A stretch of DNA of 64,000 bases, taken from Myxococcales bacterium. Lineage in GTDB: Bacteria > Myxococcota_A > UBA9042 > JABWCM01 > BTVJ01. The stretch covers positions 32,001 through 96,000 of the forward strand of contig BTVJ01000012.1 of assembly GCA_045863395.1 (NCBI GenBank), written 5' to 3'. The translations under genes and the position numbers were made by a program. A model generated the notes under the pieces. It was given only the letters and a program-made list of their open reading frames with translations. It did no database searches and was not told where the DNA came from. This document shows positions 10,262-24,590 of this stretch, one piece after another (the stretch's first letter is position 1; every line of letters begins with the position of its first letter).

Positions 10262-12613
10262 TCAGTCCTCCAGGTGCTTGGCGATGGCCGAGACGGTCGC
10301 CCCGGGCTGCTCCACGAAGGGCCAGTGCCCCGCGTCGTCGATGGTGCGAAGGCTGAGCCTCGGGTTCGCCCGGGCCAGCTCCTTGAGCTCTGAGACCTCG
10401 GAGGCCGGAAGCCCGGTGCTCCCGACGAGCATGAGCAGGGGCGCCGAGGCACCCCGCAGCACATCTCGAAGGTCGTAGTCTCCCCAGGCAGCAGAGATAC
10501 GGGCGGCCGCCGCCAGGTCCGGCCGCGCCTCCACCTCGATGAGCGGGAGCCAGCTCGTTGCCGCCAGGAACGCCGGCAGCAAGAGCCGCCCCGTGTACGC
10601 CTGGAGCGCCGCCGGGTCGTAGCGCCAGCCCTCGGCCCGCAGCGCCGCCAGGTCTCCTCGCCAGGGCTCGGCGAGGCGCTGCTCGGCGGCCCCCAGACGC
10701 GCGGCGCCCTGGCTGGCCGGCACGCCCGTGGACATCAGGACGACCCGCCTCACCCGCTCGGGGTGCGCGCGAAGGTACGCGAGCGCCACCACTCCCCCGA
10801 AGCCGTGCCCCAGCAGGTCCATCTTGTCCAGGCCCAGCGACGACCGCAGGGCCTCCAGGTCGGCGAGGTCCGTCTCCGGCGTGAACCCGTCGAGCTGCGC
10901 GATGCTCCCGTCGGGCCCCACGCCACGCCGATCATAGGTGATCAGCCGCAGGTCGGAGGCGAGGGGGTCCAGGTCGGGCACGAGCACCGCCGAGTCGAAG
11001 CCCGGGCCGTCGTGGAGCACCACGAGCGGGTGGCCCTCGCCGAGCGAACGCCAGCGCAGGCGAGCGCCGCCCACGTCCACCGTCCCCTCCCGGGAGGTCT
11101 CCGTCTTCGTGAGCGCCCGCCGCTCGACCCGCTGGGCCATGGAGGCCACCCAGTCCGCCCACCCGGACGCCGAACGCTCGCCGGACTCGCCGGAGAGGCG
11201 TGAGAGGGTGTGCCGCGCGGCGGAGCGGACCTCCTCGTTGTTCATCTGAAGGGCCGCAGCGATGGCGGGCACCTGGGCAGGGGCCCCGAGATCCGCCAGG
11301 GCCCGCAGCGCCACCACCCGCACCTGGGCGTCCTCGTACTGGGCCATCTTCTCGAGCAGCGGAAGCGCAGCGCTGGCGCCCATGCGGTGGAGCGCCACGA
11401 CGGCCCGGACGCGGACCGAGGGCTCCGCGTCCCGCTCTGCGATGTCCAGCAGGGCGGGCACCAGCTCCCCGGCGGCGACGGCCGCCACCTGCTCGATGGC
11501 GTCCTCCCGCAGCTTCTGCACCCGCGAGCCCATCATGGCCTGGAAGGCGGGAACGATCTCTGGCCCTGGGTGCTGCGCCAGGATCTTGAGCGCGTCCTGA
11601 GGGGCGTCGAGCTTGCCGGAGACGACCAGATCGGCGACGGCCCGCACGATGGTCGGATCATCCGCGGCGATCAGCAGGTCGCGGACCAGCGCGGCCACCT
11701 CGGGCTTCTTGAAGCGCAGCGCGTCGACGAGATGGGGGGTAGCCCGGGTCCCGAGGCCGCGCAGCGCCTGGACCGCGCCCCCCAAGCGCGCCATGTCGCC
11801 GGTCTTCACGATGAGGCTCAGCGGCGAGACCGCCGGCTCACCCACCTTGATGAGCGAGTCCACCGCCACGGCGCGCTGATCGTCGCGGCTCAGCGCCTCC
11901 ACCAGCGGCGCAACCACCTCGGTGCTGCCGATCTCGCCGAGCGCCCACAGCATGGAGCGGCGGGCCGGCAGGTTCTCGGCGCTCGCCCGGTTCAGCTCCT
12001 CGCGGAGCGCCAACATGATGGGTGTCGCGAAGTCCTGGCGCGGGAGCTCCCCGAGGGAGCGGGCGGCAGCGTCCCGGGTGCGCGGCCCGCCGGTGCGCAG
12101 GGCGTCGAGCGCCACGTTGGTAGCGCCGGACAGGCGCCGCTCGCCGATGAGGCGCACCACCCGGGCGCGGGCGGCGTCATCCTTCAGCGCGGCGCCCGCC
12201 AGGGGCACGAGCCGGCTCGACGCCTCCTCGGGCTCCAGCCGGACCACCGTGTCGGCCAGGGACGGCTCGTGGGTGGGGCTCTTGAGCAGCTCCTTGAGCA
12301 GCCCCTCGGCGGCGCCGCCAAAAGCCAGGGCCGTCCGCGCGGTCTGCTCGCCGACCACCGCGTCCTTGCGACCGCGCTTCCACCACGCGGCGAGCGCCTT
12401 GAGGCCGTCGGCGCCGTGTGCGGGCAGGCTCTGGAGGCCAAGGTCGCGGGTCCCCGGCTTGGCCAGCGCCTTGACGGCGTCCTTGAGCGGGAGCGCCGAG
12501 GGAGTCGGGGCCGTGGCCTCCTCGGCGCGCTGGGGCAGCGCGTCTGGCGCAGGCTGCGCCAGAGCCGCGGTCGCCAGGGACACGAGGAGCAGGCCGACGA
12601 GGTGTGAACGCAT
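10262..12613 (-). CDS. Secreted HEAT-repeat protein fused to a C-terminal alpha/beta-hydrolase domain (nucleophile Ser replaced by Gly)
   Basis: Signal peptide; HEAT-like repeats; LHDGPG, YDRRGVG, GHGFGG, AGHWPFVEQP. Confidence 0.8.
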   Translation of the reverse strand: MRSHLVGLLLVSLATAALAQPAPDALPQRAEEATAPTPSALPLKDAVKALAKPGTRDLGLQSLPAHGADGLKALAAWWKRGRKDAVVGEQTARTALAFGGAAEGLLKELLKSPTHEPSLADTVVRLEPEEASSRLVPLAGAALKDDAARARVVRLIGERRLSGATNVALDALRTGGPRTRDAAARSLGELPRQDFATPIMLALREELNRASAENLPARRSMLWALGEIGSTEVVAPLVEALSRDDQRAVAVDSLIKVGEPAVSPLSLIVKTGDMARLGGAVQALRGLGTRATPHLVDALRFKKPEVAALVRDLLIAADDPTIVRAVADLVVSGKLDAPQDALKILAQHPGPEIVPAFQAMMGSRVQKLREDAIEQVAAVAAGELVPALLDIAERDAEPSVRVRAVVALHRMGASAALPLLEKMAQYEDAQVRVVALRALADLGAPAQVPAIAAALQMNNEEVRSAARHTLSRLSGESGERSASGWADWVASMAQRVERRALTKTETSREGTVDVGGARLRWRSLGEGHPLVVLHDGPGFDSAVLVPDLDPLASDLRLITYDRRGVGPDGSIAQLDGFTPETDLADLEALRSSLGLDKMDLLGHGFGGVVALAYLRAHPERVRRVVLMSTGVPASQGAARLGAAEQRLAEPWRGDLAALRAEGWRYDPAALQAYTGRLLLPAFLAATSWLPLIEVEARPDLAAAARISAAWGDYDLRDVLRGASAPLLMLVGSTGLPASEVSELKELARANPRLSLRTIDDAGHWPFVEQPGATVSAIAKHLED

Positions 12614-12659
12614 GCGGGCGCCTCCCTGAGTTGCGCGACGGAGCACCGGAAGCGCGCCA

Positions 12660-12689
12660 ACGCTAAGGGATCCCCGGCGTTCGTGTCAA
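12660..12689 (-). promoter_or_regulatory. sigma70-type promoter for the HEAT-hydrolase/deoC operon
   Basis: TTGACA-N18-TAGCGT on the - strand. Confidence 0.5.
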
Positions 12690-12713
12690 CGTGAAGGGTG
12701 AGCGCCTCGCTGC

Positions 12714-12742
12714 TTGCGCGGCGGCGGGGGCCGTCCTATGAT
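12714..12742 (+). promoter_or_regulatory. sigma70-type promoter for the PEGA gene
   Basis: TTGCGC-N17-TATGAT. Confidence 0.5.
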
Positions 12743-12858
12743 GCGGCGCCCGTGACGGAGGCGACGCCGCTGCCCGCCCGTGCCAGGACGAACGAACACC
12801 CGGGCCAGGAACCCACCGAAGGAGCGCCTGGCCCCCCATAGTGTAAGGAGGAGGTCCC

Positions 12859-14115
12859 ATGACTCGCACGCTCGTCGCGGTCGCCATCGCAGCCCTGCTC
12901 GCGGCTCCGGTCGCCGCCGGCCCCAAGGAGGACAAGGCCTACGCCGCCGCCGTCGCGAAGGCAAAGGCCGCCCAGGAGGCCGGCAAGCACGAGGCGGCGC
13001 TCGCCGAGCTCGAGAAGGCCTTTGCCGCGAAGCCCGAGCCCGAGCTGGGGCTCTGGCGGGCGACCAGCTACCTGGGCCTCGGCAACGCGGAGCAGGCGCT
13101 CAAGGAGCTGAACGTGGTGCGCTCCCAGCTCCCGGGCGACCTCAAGGGCGCCGCCGACGACCTGTGGAAGCGCGCCGCCACCGCCCACGGTCCCATGGAG
13201 CTCAACGTCAAGTCCAACACCGAGGCGACGCTGGCGGTAGACGGCGCGGCGGTGGGCAAGGCGCCGGGGGCCGCGAAGGTCGAGGCCGGCGAGCACACCG
13301 TCACGGTGTCGAAGGACGGCTGGTCCACCTTCACGACGACGGTCTTCGTCGCTCCGGGCCTCCCCAACATGGTCGACGCGAAGCTGTCGCAGCAGAAGGC
13401 GGCGCTCACCCTGGAGACGGACACGGACGGCGTCGTCGCGGTGGTCGAAGGCCAGAAGTACGCCCTCGCCATCGGCAAGCCCGTCACGGTGGAGCGTGGG
13501 CTCGGGGTCGTGAGCGTAGACTTCTACGTGGGCGACGCCAAGGTGATGACGAGCAGCACGAGCGTCACCGGGTCCGGCGGCACGGCGTCCTACACGGGCT
13601 TCGGCAAGCTGGCCATCGCGGCGCCCGCGGGCCGCACGCTCAAGGTCAAGGTCGCGGACAAGACGCACACGGTGAGCGCGGGCGCTGACCCCATCACTCT
13701 GGCGGCAGGCGAGTACGACGTCGAGATCACGAGCGACGGCATGACGCCCACCACCGGCAAGGTGACCATCGAGCGCGGCCGCACGCTGAAGGTGGAGCCC
13801 GTGGTCGACGAGCTGCCCGACCTCAGCGAGCAGCAGACCCACGGGTGGATCGCGTTCGGCACGGGCGTCGGGCTCATCGTGGCGACCATCATCATCGACC
13901 AGACCGTAGACTTCGACGATCCGACCACCCGCGACGCCCTGGAGTGGAGCATGGCGGGCGTCGGCGGCTCGCTGACCATCCTCGGGGGCATTCTCCTGAA
14001 GGATGCCTGGGACTCCACCAAGTCCCCCGAGACGAAGAGCGTGGTCTACCCGACCTCCGTCGGCGTTGCCCCCGTCGAGGGCGGCGCCATGGTGTCGGGC
14101 GGCATCTCGTTCTAG
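12859..14115 (+). CDS. Secreted/membrane TPR- and PEGA-domain protein
   Basis: AGGAGGAGG RBS, signal peptide, TPR-like helices, VKSNTEATLAVDG..VGKAP..AGEHTVTVSKDG, C-terminal hydrophobic segments ending in F. Confidence 0.8.
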   Translation: MTRTLVAVAIAALLAAPVAAGPKEDKAYAAAVAKAKAAQEAGKHEAALAELEKAFAAKPEPELGLWRATSYLGLGNAEQALKELNVVRSQLPGDLKGAADDLWKRAATAHGPMELNVKSNTEATLAVDGAAVGKAPGAAKVEAGEHTVTVSKDGWSTFTTTVFVAPGLPNMVDAKLSQQKAALTLETDTDGVVAVVEGQKYALAIGKPVTVERGLGVVSVDFYVGDAKVMTSSTSVTGSGGTASYTGFGKLAIAAPAGRTLKVKVADKTHTVSAGADPITLAAGEYDVEITSDGMTPTTGKVTIERGRTLKVEPVVDELPDLSEQQTHGWIAFGTGVGLIVATIIIDQTVDFDDPTTRDALEWSMAGVGGSLTILGGILLKDAWDSTKSPETKSVVYPTSVGVAPVEGGAMVSGGISF

Positions 14116-14129
14116 GCGACGGCGCCGCG

Positions 14130-14600
14130 ATGATCGATGAGCTCGCCTGCGACCTCGTCTTCGAGCGCCTGTGGGTGGGCCGCTACCCGCACTCGCCCGA
14201 GCACGTGGACGCCCTGCAGCGCATGGGCGTGAGCGCCGTCTTGAACCTCCAGTCGGACGAGGATCTGCTCGATCGCGGCGTGAGCTGGCCCGCGCTGTGG
14301 GGCCTCTACACGGCGAGGGGCATCACGGTGGAGCGGGTGCCCATCCTGGACTTCTCCCGGCGTGACCTCCAGAAACATCTGACGGCCGCGGTGGATCGAC
14401 TCCAGGCGCTCCACCGCCAGGGGCGCACCGTCTACCTCCACTGCAACGCGGGCCTCAACCGCTCCCCCACGGTGGCCATCGCGTGGCTGGTCGCCCACCA
14501 GGGCCTCGAGCCCGCTGCAGCCCATGCACACGTAGAGGAGCGCCACCACTGCATCCCCTATCTGGACGTGGTCGAGCGGTGGCGCAAGAAGGGGCGGTAG
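14130..14600 (+). CDS. Dual-specificity phosphatase (laforin/LSF2-like DSP domain)
   Basis: VYLHCNAGLNRSP active-site loop; PILDF general-acid loop; AVLNLQSDED. Confidence 0.88.
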   Translation: MIDELACDLVFERLWVGRYPHSPEHVDALQRMGVSAVLNLQSDEDLLDRGVSWPALWGLYTARGITVERVPILDFSRRDLQKHLTAAVDRLQALHRQGRTVYLHCNAGLNRSPTVAIAWLVAHQGLEPAAAHAHVEERHHCIPYLDVVERWRKKGR

Positions 14601-14676
14601 TCCACCAGCCGGTGTGGGGCCCGTCGGTCGCTGTCCCAGATCCGCCGGGGCGCTTGGATCGACGCCCGGAAGGTGC

Positions 14677-14716
14677 TTGACGGCCGCACCGATGCAACGT
14701 TAGTCTCCGCCAGACT
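14677..14716 (+). promoter_or_regulatory. Possible promoter with a short inverted repeat upstream of the FHA gene
   Basis: TTGACG-N18-TAGTCT; AGTCT-ccgcc-AGACT. Confidence 0.4.
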
Positions 14717-14737
14717 TTTCCTGCCAGGAGGTGGGCC

Positions 14738-15937
14738 GTGCACCAGGTCGAGGTTCACGTCGAGGGCGAGAACATCGGGGCACTCGCGACGCCGTTCACG
14801 GTGGGGCGGGATCCCGAGTGTGACGTCATACTCCCCGACTCGTCGGTGTCCCGCCGGCACCTCAAGGTGACCCTGACCGGCTCGGGCCTTCTGCTGGAGG
14901 ACATGGGGTCGTCCAACGGGACGTGGCTCGACGGCCGGCGCATCACCCGCGAGGTGGTGCCGACGGGGCAGTCCTTCGTGGTTGGCCGGGTGTCCATGGC
15001 GCTGCGTGCCCTGGAGGCCGGATCCACGGCCGCCCCCTACGTCCCACCGCGGGCCAACGGCGACGGGGCCCAGCGCATGAACACCCTGGCGGTGGACATC
15101 CCCCAGGGCTACTTCGATCCGGCCCCCCCTCCCATGAGGACCTTCGACTGCCCGGGCTGCGGCCGCAAGCTGCGGTGTGCGACGCGCACCAAGCGGGTCA
15201 AGTGTCGCAACTGTGACGAGATCATCCGCTTCGAGGGCGAGAAGCCGCTCCTCGAGCGCCTGATCGCGGCGCCACCGTCGGCCCCCCCTCCGCCAGCCCA
15301 CGTCCAGCGGCCCCACGCGCCGCCGGCACCTCCTGCACCGCCGGCTGCCCCGCAGTCCGCGCCGCCGCACCAGGCTGCCTACGCTGCGCCTCAGGCGGCG
15401 CCCCAGCCGCCGAGGCAGCAGGTTGCCCCGGCACCTGCACCCATCGCGCCCGAGCCGCGAGAGGCCCTGGTGCCCCAGCGCCCCCTCGGGCAGCCAGGCG
15501 GCACCACCGGCTGGGTGGAGCCCCGAGCGGACCTGGGCCGCCCGCAGCACCGGGAGGACCCCTACGGGGCACGCAGCGGCTACTTCCCGGCGGGCACTTC
15601 GGCCGAGCCCAGCATCCTCCAGACGCTCCCCCAGGCGAGCGGTGGCAAGGCGGCCCTGGGCGTGCTGGTCGTCGGCGCAGGCATCGCCGCGGTCAGCATG
15701 TTCATCTACATCGCTGGCGTCGACCGCATGCTGCCGTTCATCATCATCGGCTGCGTGCTCGCGCTCGCGGGCTTCGTGTACGCCGCGGCAGCCTGGATCC
15801 GCAGCAGCGGTGGCGGCGGGCGCTCGGGCGGCACCGCCGAGGAGCGCCTGCACCGCCTGAACCGGCTGCGCGGGGAGAACCTGATCAGCGACGAGGAGTA
15901 CCAGATCCGCCGCCGCGACATCCTGCGAGACCTGTAG
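14738..15937 (+). CDS. FHA domain - zinc ribbon - Pro-rich linker - 2 TM - SHOCT protein
   Basis: GR..VSRRH..DMGSSNGT FHA motifs; CPGC..CRNC; C-terminal RLHRLNRLRGENLISDEEYQIRRRDIL. Confidence 0.85.
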   Translation: MHQVEVHVEGENIGALATPFTVGRDPECDVILPDSSVSRRHLKVTLTGSGLLLEDMGSSNGTWLDGRRITREVVPTGQSFVVGRVSMALRALEAGSTAAPYVPPRANGDGAQRMNTLAVDIPQGYFDPAPPPMRTFDCPGCGRKLRCATRTKRVKCRNCDEIIRFEGEKPLLERLIAAPPSAPPPPAHVQRPHAPPAPPAPPAAPQSAPPHQAAYAAPQAAPQPPRQQVAPAPAPIAPEPREALVPQRPLGQPGGTTGWVEPRADLGRPQHREDPYGARSGYFPAGTSAEPSILQTLPQASGGKAALGVLVVGAGIAAVSMFIYIAGVDRMLPFIIIGCVLALAGFVYAAAAWIRSSGGGGRSGGTAEERLHRLNRLRGENLISDEEYQIRRRDILRDL

Positions 15938-15940
15938 GAC

Positions 15941-16597
15941 TTGGACGAGGCAGAGACACCCACGCCCGACGAGCCCACCGACGGACGCGTGCGGCGCGCC
16001 CGCGCGCTCCGGGAGGAGCGCCGCTCCCAGATCCTCGACGCCACGCGCAGGGTCTTTGCGGCAAAGGGCTACCACGCCGGGTCCATCAAGGACATCATCG
16101 ACACCGCCGGTATCGCCCGCGGCACCTTCTACCTGCACTTCGAGGGGAAGCGCGCCGTCCTCGACGCGCTGCTCGACCAGTTTCTGGAGCAGCTCCGCGG
16201 CATGGTCCGCCGGGTGGACGTCACCTCTCCCATCCCCGCCGAGGAGCAGCTCCTCGACAACGTGACCCGCGTCATCTCCACCTTCGTAGCCAACGACGAC
16301 CTGACCCGCATCCTGCTCCGGGAGGCGGTGGGCCTGGACGTGGAGTTCGACCAGAAGCTGACCCACTTCTACGCCCGGGTCCTCGACCTGGTGCAGCGCT
16401 CCATCCGCACGGGCATGGCCCTCGGGTTGGTCCGCCCGGTGGACTCCCGCCTCGCCGCCTTCTGCGTCCTCGGTGGTTTGAAGGAGGTCATCGTCCAGCT
16501 CATGGAGGCCGGCGGCCCGCCGCCCGACGCGCGGGAGCTCGCTCGCGCGGTGCTGGACCTGAACCTGCGGGGGCTCCTGGTGCCGACGGTGCGATAG
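15941..16597 (+). CDS. TetR/AcrR family transcriptional regulator
   Basis: ILDATRRVFAAKGY..IKDI..AGIARGTFYLHFEGK. Confidence 0.93.
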   Translation: MDEAETPTPDEPTDGRVRRARALREERRSQILDATRRVFAAKGYHAGSIKDIIDTAGIARGTFYLHFEGKRAVLDALLDQFLEQLRGMVRRVDVTSPIPAEEQLLDNVTRVISTFVANDDLTRILLREAVGLDVEFDQKLTHFYARVLDLVQRSIRTGMALGLVRPVDSRLAAFCVLGGLKEVIVQLMEAGGPPPDARELARAVLDLNLRGLLVPTVR

Positions 16598-16644
16598 GCG
16601 CCCGGAGCTCGACAACCCGTGTCGGGGCCCCAGGGCGTTGCCCC

Positions 16645-18912
16645 CTACTTCACGAACCCGAGCAGCGCCTCGTGGGCCACACCCGGGAGCCAGGTCGGGC
16701 AGGACTCGGCCAGCCAGTGGAAGTGGCGCTGCGCCGTCACATTGTGGCAGCGGCACAGGGGGCGAGGGGTGTGGCTGGTGCGGGTCACGGAGAGATGCCC
16801 GAGGAGCCCCTCTCCCTGCGTGCCCTCGCAGGTGGGCGACGTGCTGACGAAGTGGTCGATGCCGGTGAAGCAGCGGTAGAGCGCCACGCGGCCCGGCCCC
16901 GGCTGGGTCAGGAGCTGGAAGGGCGCGTCGCCGCTCAGGTTCCCGCCCGTGCCACAGGTGGACGGCGGACCGTAGAAGGGGTTGCACACCTGCTCCCACG
17001 CGCCGGTGCCGAGCAGCGCCAGCACCTCGTTGAAGGACGTGGTCGGCACGTGGTCCGTGTCCATGTCCTGCTCCGGGTCCTTCAGGCGCATGCTGTGGAC
17101 CAGCGTGTACTCCTGCTGGATCTGGCAGCAGGCCTCACCCGGCGCCGCGCCGCAGCCGCCAGCCTTGTAGGCCGAGATGCACGACTTCATGAGCTGGTAG
17201 GGGCCGGCGCCATACTCGACGGTCGGCTCCAGGTCCCGCGCGAACTCGGCTCCATACGTGTCCACCCACAGCCACTCGGTGCTCGGGTCCGCGCTCGGCA
17301 CGATGCCCATGCTGCGCGCGAGGGGCCCCTGGCCGGTCACGGCGGCGTTGCTCTGAGGTTGGGCGACGAGCTCGTTCCACGAGTTGATCAGCAGCCAGTC
17401 GGGCTTCACGGAGAAGGCGGTCTGGAACTGCTTCTTCAGCGTGAGCCCCCCGTTGCGCCCCGATGCCTGCATGGGGAGGCTCGCGTAGCCCACCTGGTAG
17501 CTCGCGCTGACGGAGAGCACGGTGCCCAGCTTGCTCGTGGTCGTGTAGCGGTTGAGGCACGGGTTGTCGTGGGCGACCAGCGTCGTGAAGGTCAGCGCCC
17601 CGTCGGGCGGCCCCGGAGCCTCGCAGGGCTGCATCCATGACGCGCGCCCGCCGGCGAGCTCCGCTGCGCCGAGGTTTCCCCACATGGGCACGACGAGCAC
17701 GTCGTGCTTGCCCCCGTTGGACTCGGCGGCCGCCACGGCCCCAGGGTCGAGGGGGAAGCCGCCGTTCTCCACCGCGAAGAGCACCTTGCGGCCCGACTTC
17801 TCGTCGCGCAGCACGAGGTCGTCGTAGGCCGGGTGGTCGTAGAGCCCGGAGAAGACCTTCTCCCACGTCCACGTGGATGGGCCCGTCTTCGGCGGCATGG
17901 GTACCCACGCAGCGATCTGCGGCGTCATGCCCCCCTGGTCGCGGATCTTGCGCCACTCCTCGGCCAGCACCTCCAGGGGACGCACGCCCAGGACATCGGC
18001 GAAGGGGGAGTAGAAGGGGATGTTGGTCAGGTCCACGAACACGAAGTCCACGCCCGCCGACCAAAGGAGGCTCGCGTGGGTGGCGGCCACCTCGGCGATG
18101 TTCGGGCACGGGCCGACGGCGTCGGGCTCCGGGTAGCCCCCCTCTCCCGGGCGGGACCGGACCAGGCAGTAGAAGCCGAGCTGCGGCTCCACGGAGTAGT
18201 GGAAGGCCGCCGCCTCACCGAACAGCCCGTGGTCGAGGAGCATGGCGGACGGCTGGACGGCCGGGGCGCGGATCACGTCCTCCATGGTCAGGCGCTGGCT
18301 CGGCGGCAGCGCGCGGATGGCGTCGCTCGCGTAGGCGTGCCACGCCAGGTAGAAGATGCCGACCCGCTTGGCGGGGTAGAGGTCGGTGCAGACCCCGCCG
18401 GCGCAGGACTGCTGGTTGGTGCAGGGCGGGGCGCCTGGGCTGCACCCGACCCCCGGCGCACACGTCTCCACGCCGTTGCACGGGTTGCCGTCGTCGCACA
18501 TCACCGCCGAGTGCGTGCACTGCTCGCCCTCGCACGCGTCGGCCGTGCAGGGGTCTCCGTCGTCGCACGCGCTTGGGTCAGCAACGCAGCCCTGGCAGGC
18601 GTCCGGGCACCCGTCGCCGTTCTGGTCCATGGCGACGCTCAGGGGCAGGTCGAGGACGAGGCGGATGCCCGCGACCACGTCCACGACGTCGACGACACCG
18701 CTGCACTCCAGGTCCGCGGTGGCGGGGGGGCCCGCCAGGCACGTCGGCACCTCGCCACCCGCCAGGGTCCAGAGCGTCGTCAGGATCAGGCACTGGACGT
18801 CCACCACGTCGGTGGCGCCGCTCCCGTTCACGTCCCCGGGGGGACTCAGGCAGGCCGCCCGCGCCTCCGGCGAGGGCAGGGTCAGGACGACGAGGACGAG
18901 CAGCCAGCGCAT
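16645..18912 (-). CDS. Secreted modular protein: dockerin-like EF-hand pair, Cys-rich repeats, GH99/GH71-like glycoside hydrolase domain, C-terminal beta-rich domain
   Basis: Signal peptide; GDVNGSGATDVVDV and ADLECSGVVDVVDV; CDDGDPCTADAC; VGIFYLAWH, GVDFVFVDLTN, INSWNE, RDLEP. Confidence 0.65.
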   Translation of the reverse strand: MRWLLVLVVLTLPSPEARAACLSPPGDVNGSGATDVVDVQCLILTTLWTLAGGEVPTCLAGPPATADLECSGVVDVVDVVAGIRLVLDLPLSVAMDQNGDGCPDACQGCVADPSACDDGDPCTADACEGEQCTHSAVMCDDGNPCNGVETCAPGVGCSPGAPPCTNQQSCAGGVCTDLYPAKRVGIFYLAWHAYASDAIRALPPSQRLTMEDVIRAPAVQPSAMLLDHGLFGEAAAFHYSVEPQLGFYCLVRSRPGEGGYPEPDAVGPCPNIAEVAATHASLLWSAGVDFVFVDLTNIPFYSPFADVLGVRPLEVLAEEWRKIRDQGGMTPQIAAWVPMPPKTGPSTWTWEKVFSGLYDHPAYDDLVLRDEKSGRKVLFAVENGGFPLDPGAVAAAESNGGKHDVLVVPMWGNLGAAELAGGRASWMQPCEAPGPPDGALTFTTLVAHDNPCLNRYTTTSKLGTVLSVSASYQVGYASLPMQASGRNGGLTLKKQFQTAFSVKPDWLLINSWNELVAQPQSNAAVTGQGPLARSMGIVPSADPSTEWLWVDTYGAEFARDLEPTVEYGAGPYQLMKSCISAYKAGGCGAAPGEACCQIQQEYTLVHSMRLKDPEQDMDTDHVPTTSFNEVLALLGTGAWEQVCNPFYGPPSTCGTGGNLSGDAPFQLLTQPGPGRVALYRCFTGIDHFVSTSPTCEGTQGEGLLGHLSVTRTSHTPRPLCRCHNVTAQRHFHWLAESCPTWLPGVAHEALLGFVK

Positions 18913-19019
18913 GGGGCACTCCCGACTCCACGACAGCCGCCTGGGGCGTGTCTCCGTGCGTCGGAGTCTACCCCACGGGCACCGCCTGGACCACCCTGCG
19001 GCCGGTGGAACCCCGTCGG

Positions 19020-19089
19020 GCACGGCATGGCGTCAAAGGGGCTTGCAATCCCCGCCATGCCGTGCGACATAGACTGCACTTCCAGTCTA
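19020..19089. promoter_or_regulatory. Inverted repeats in the divergent promoter region (candidate operators)
   Basis: GCACGGCATGGCG (19020-19032) pairs with CGCCATGCCGTGC (19053-19065); TAGACTG-N6-CAGTCTA (19070-19089). Confidence 0.55.
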
Positions 19090-19109
19090 ACGCAATGAGA
19101 GGCGACGGG

Positions 19110-22781
<3,672 letters not shown>

Positions 22782-22865
22782 GTCTCGCGGACGGGCGCAA
22801 GAACAGAGGGGGTCACAGAGATTGAGCGTCCGCGGGGCGCTGAGCCGACCATTGGGAGTGACGCC

Positions 22866-24557
<1,692 letters not shown>

Positions 24558-24590
24558 CGGGCGGAGGGGGGCGGGGCGCCCGATCGTGGG

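Noticed and set aside
17637..19109. N-terminal ~490 aa of the 1714-aa ORF
   Set aside because: Arg/Pro-rich read-through antisense to a real gene; the activase homology begins near 19110.
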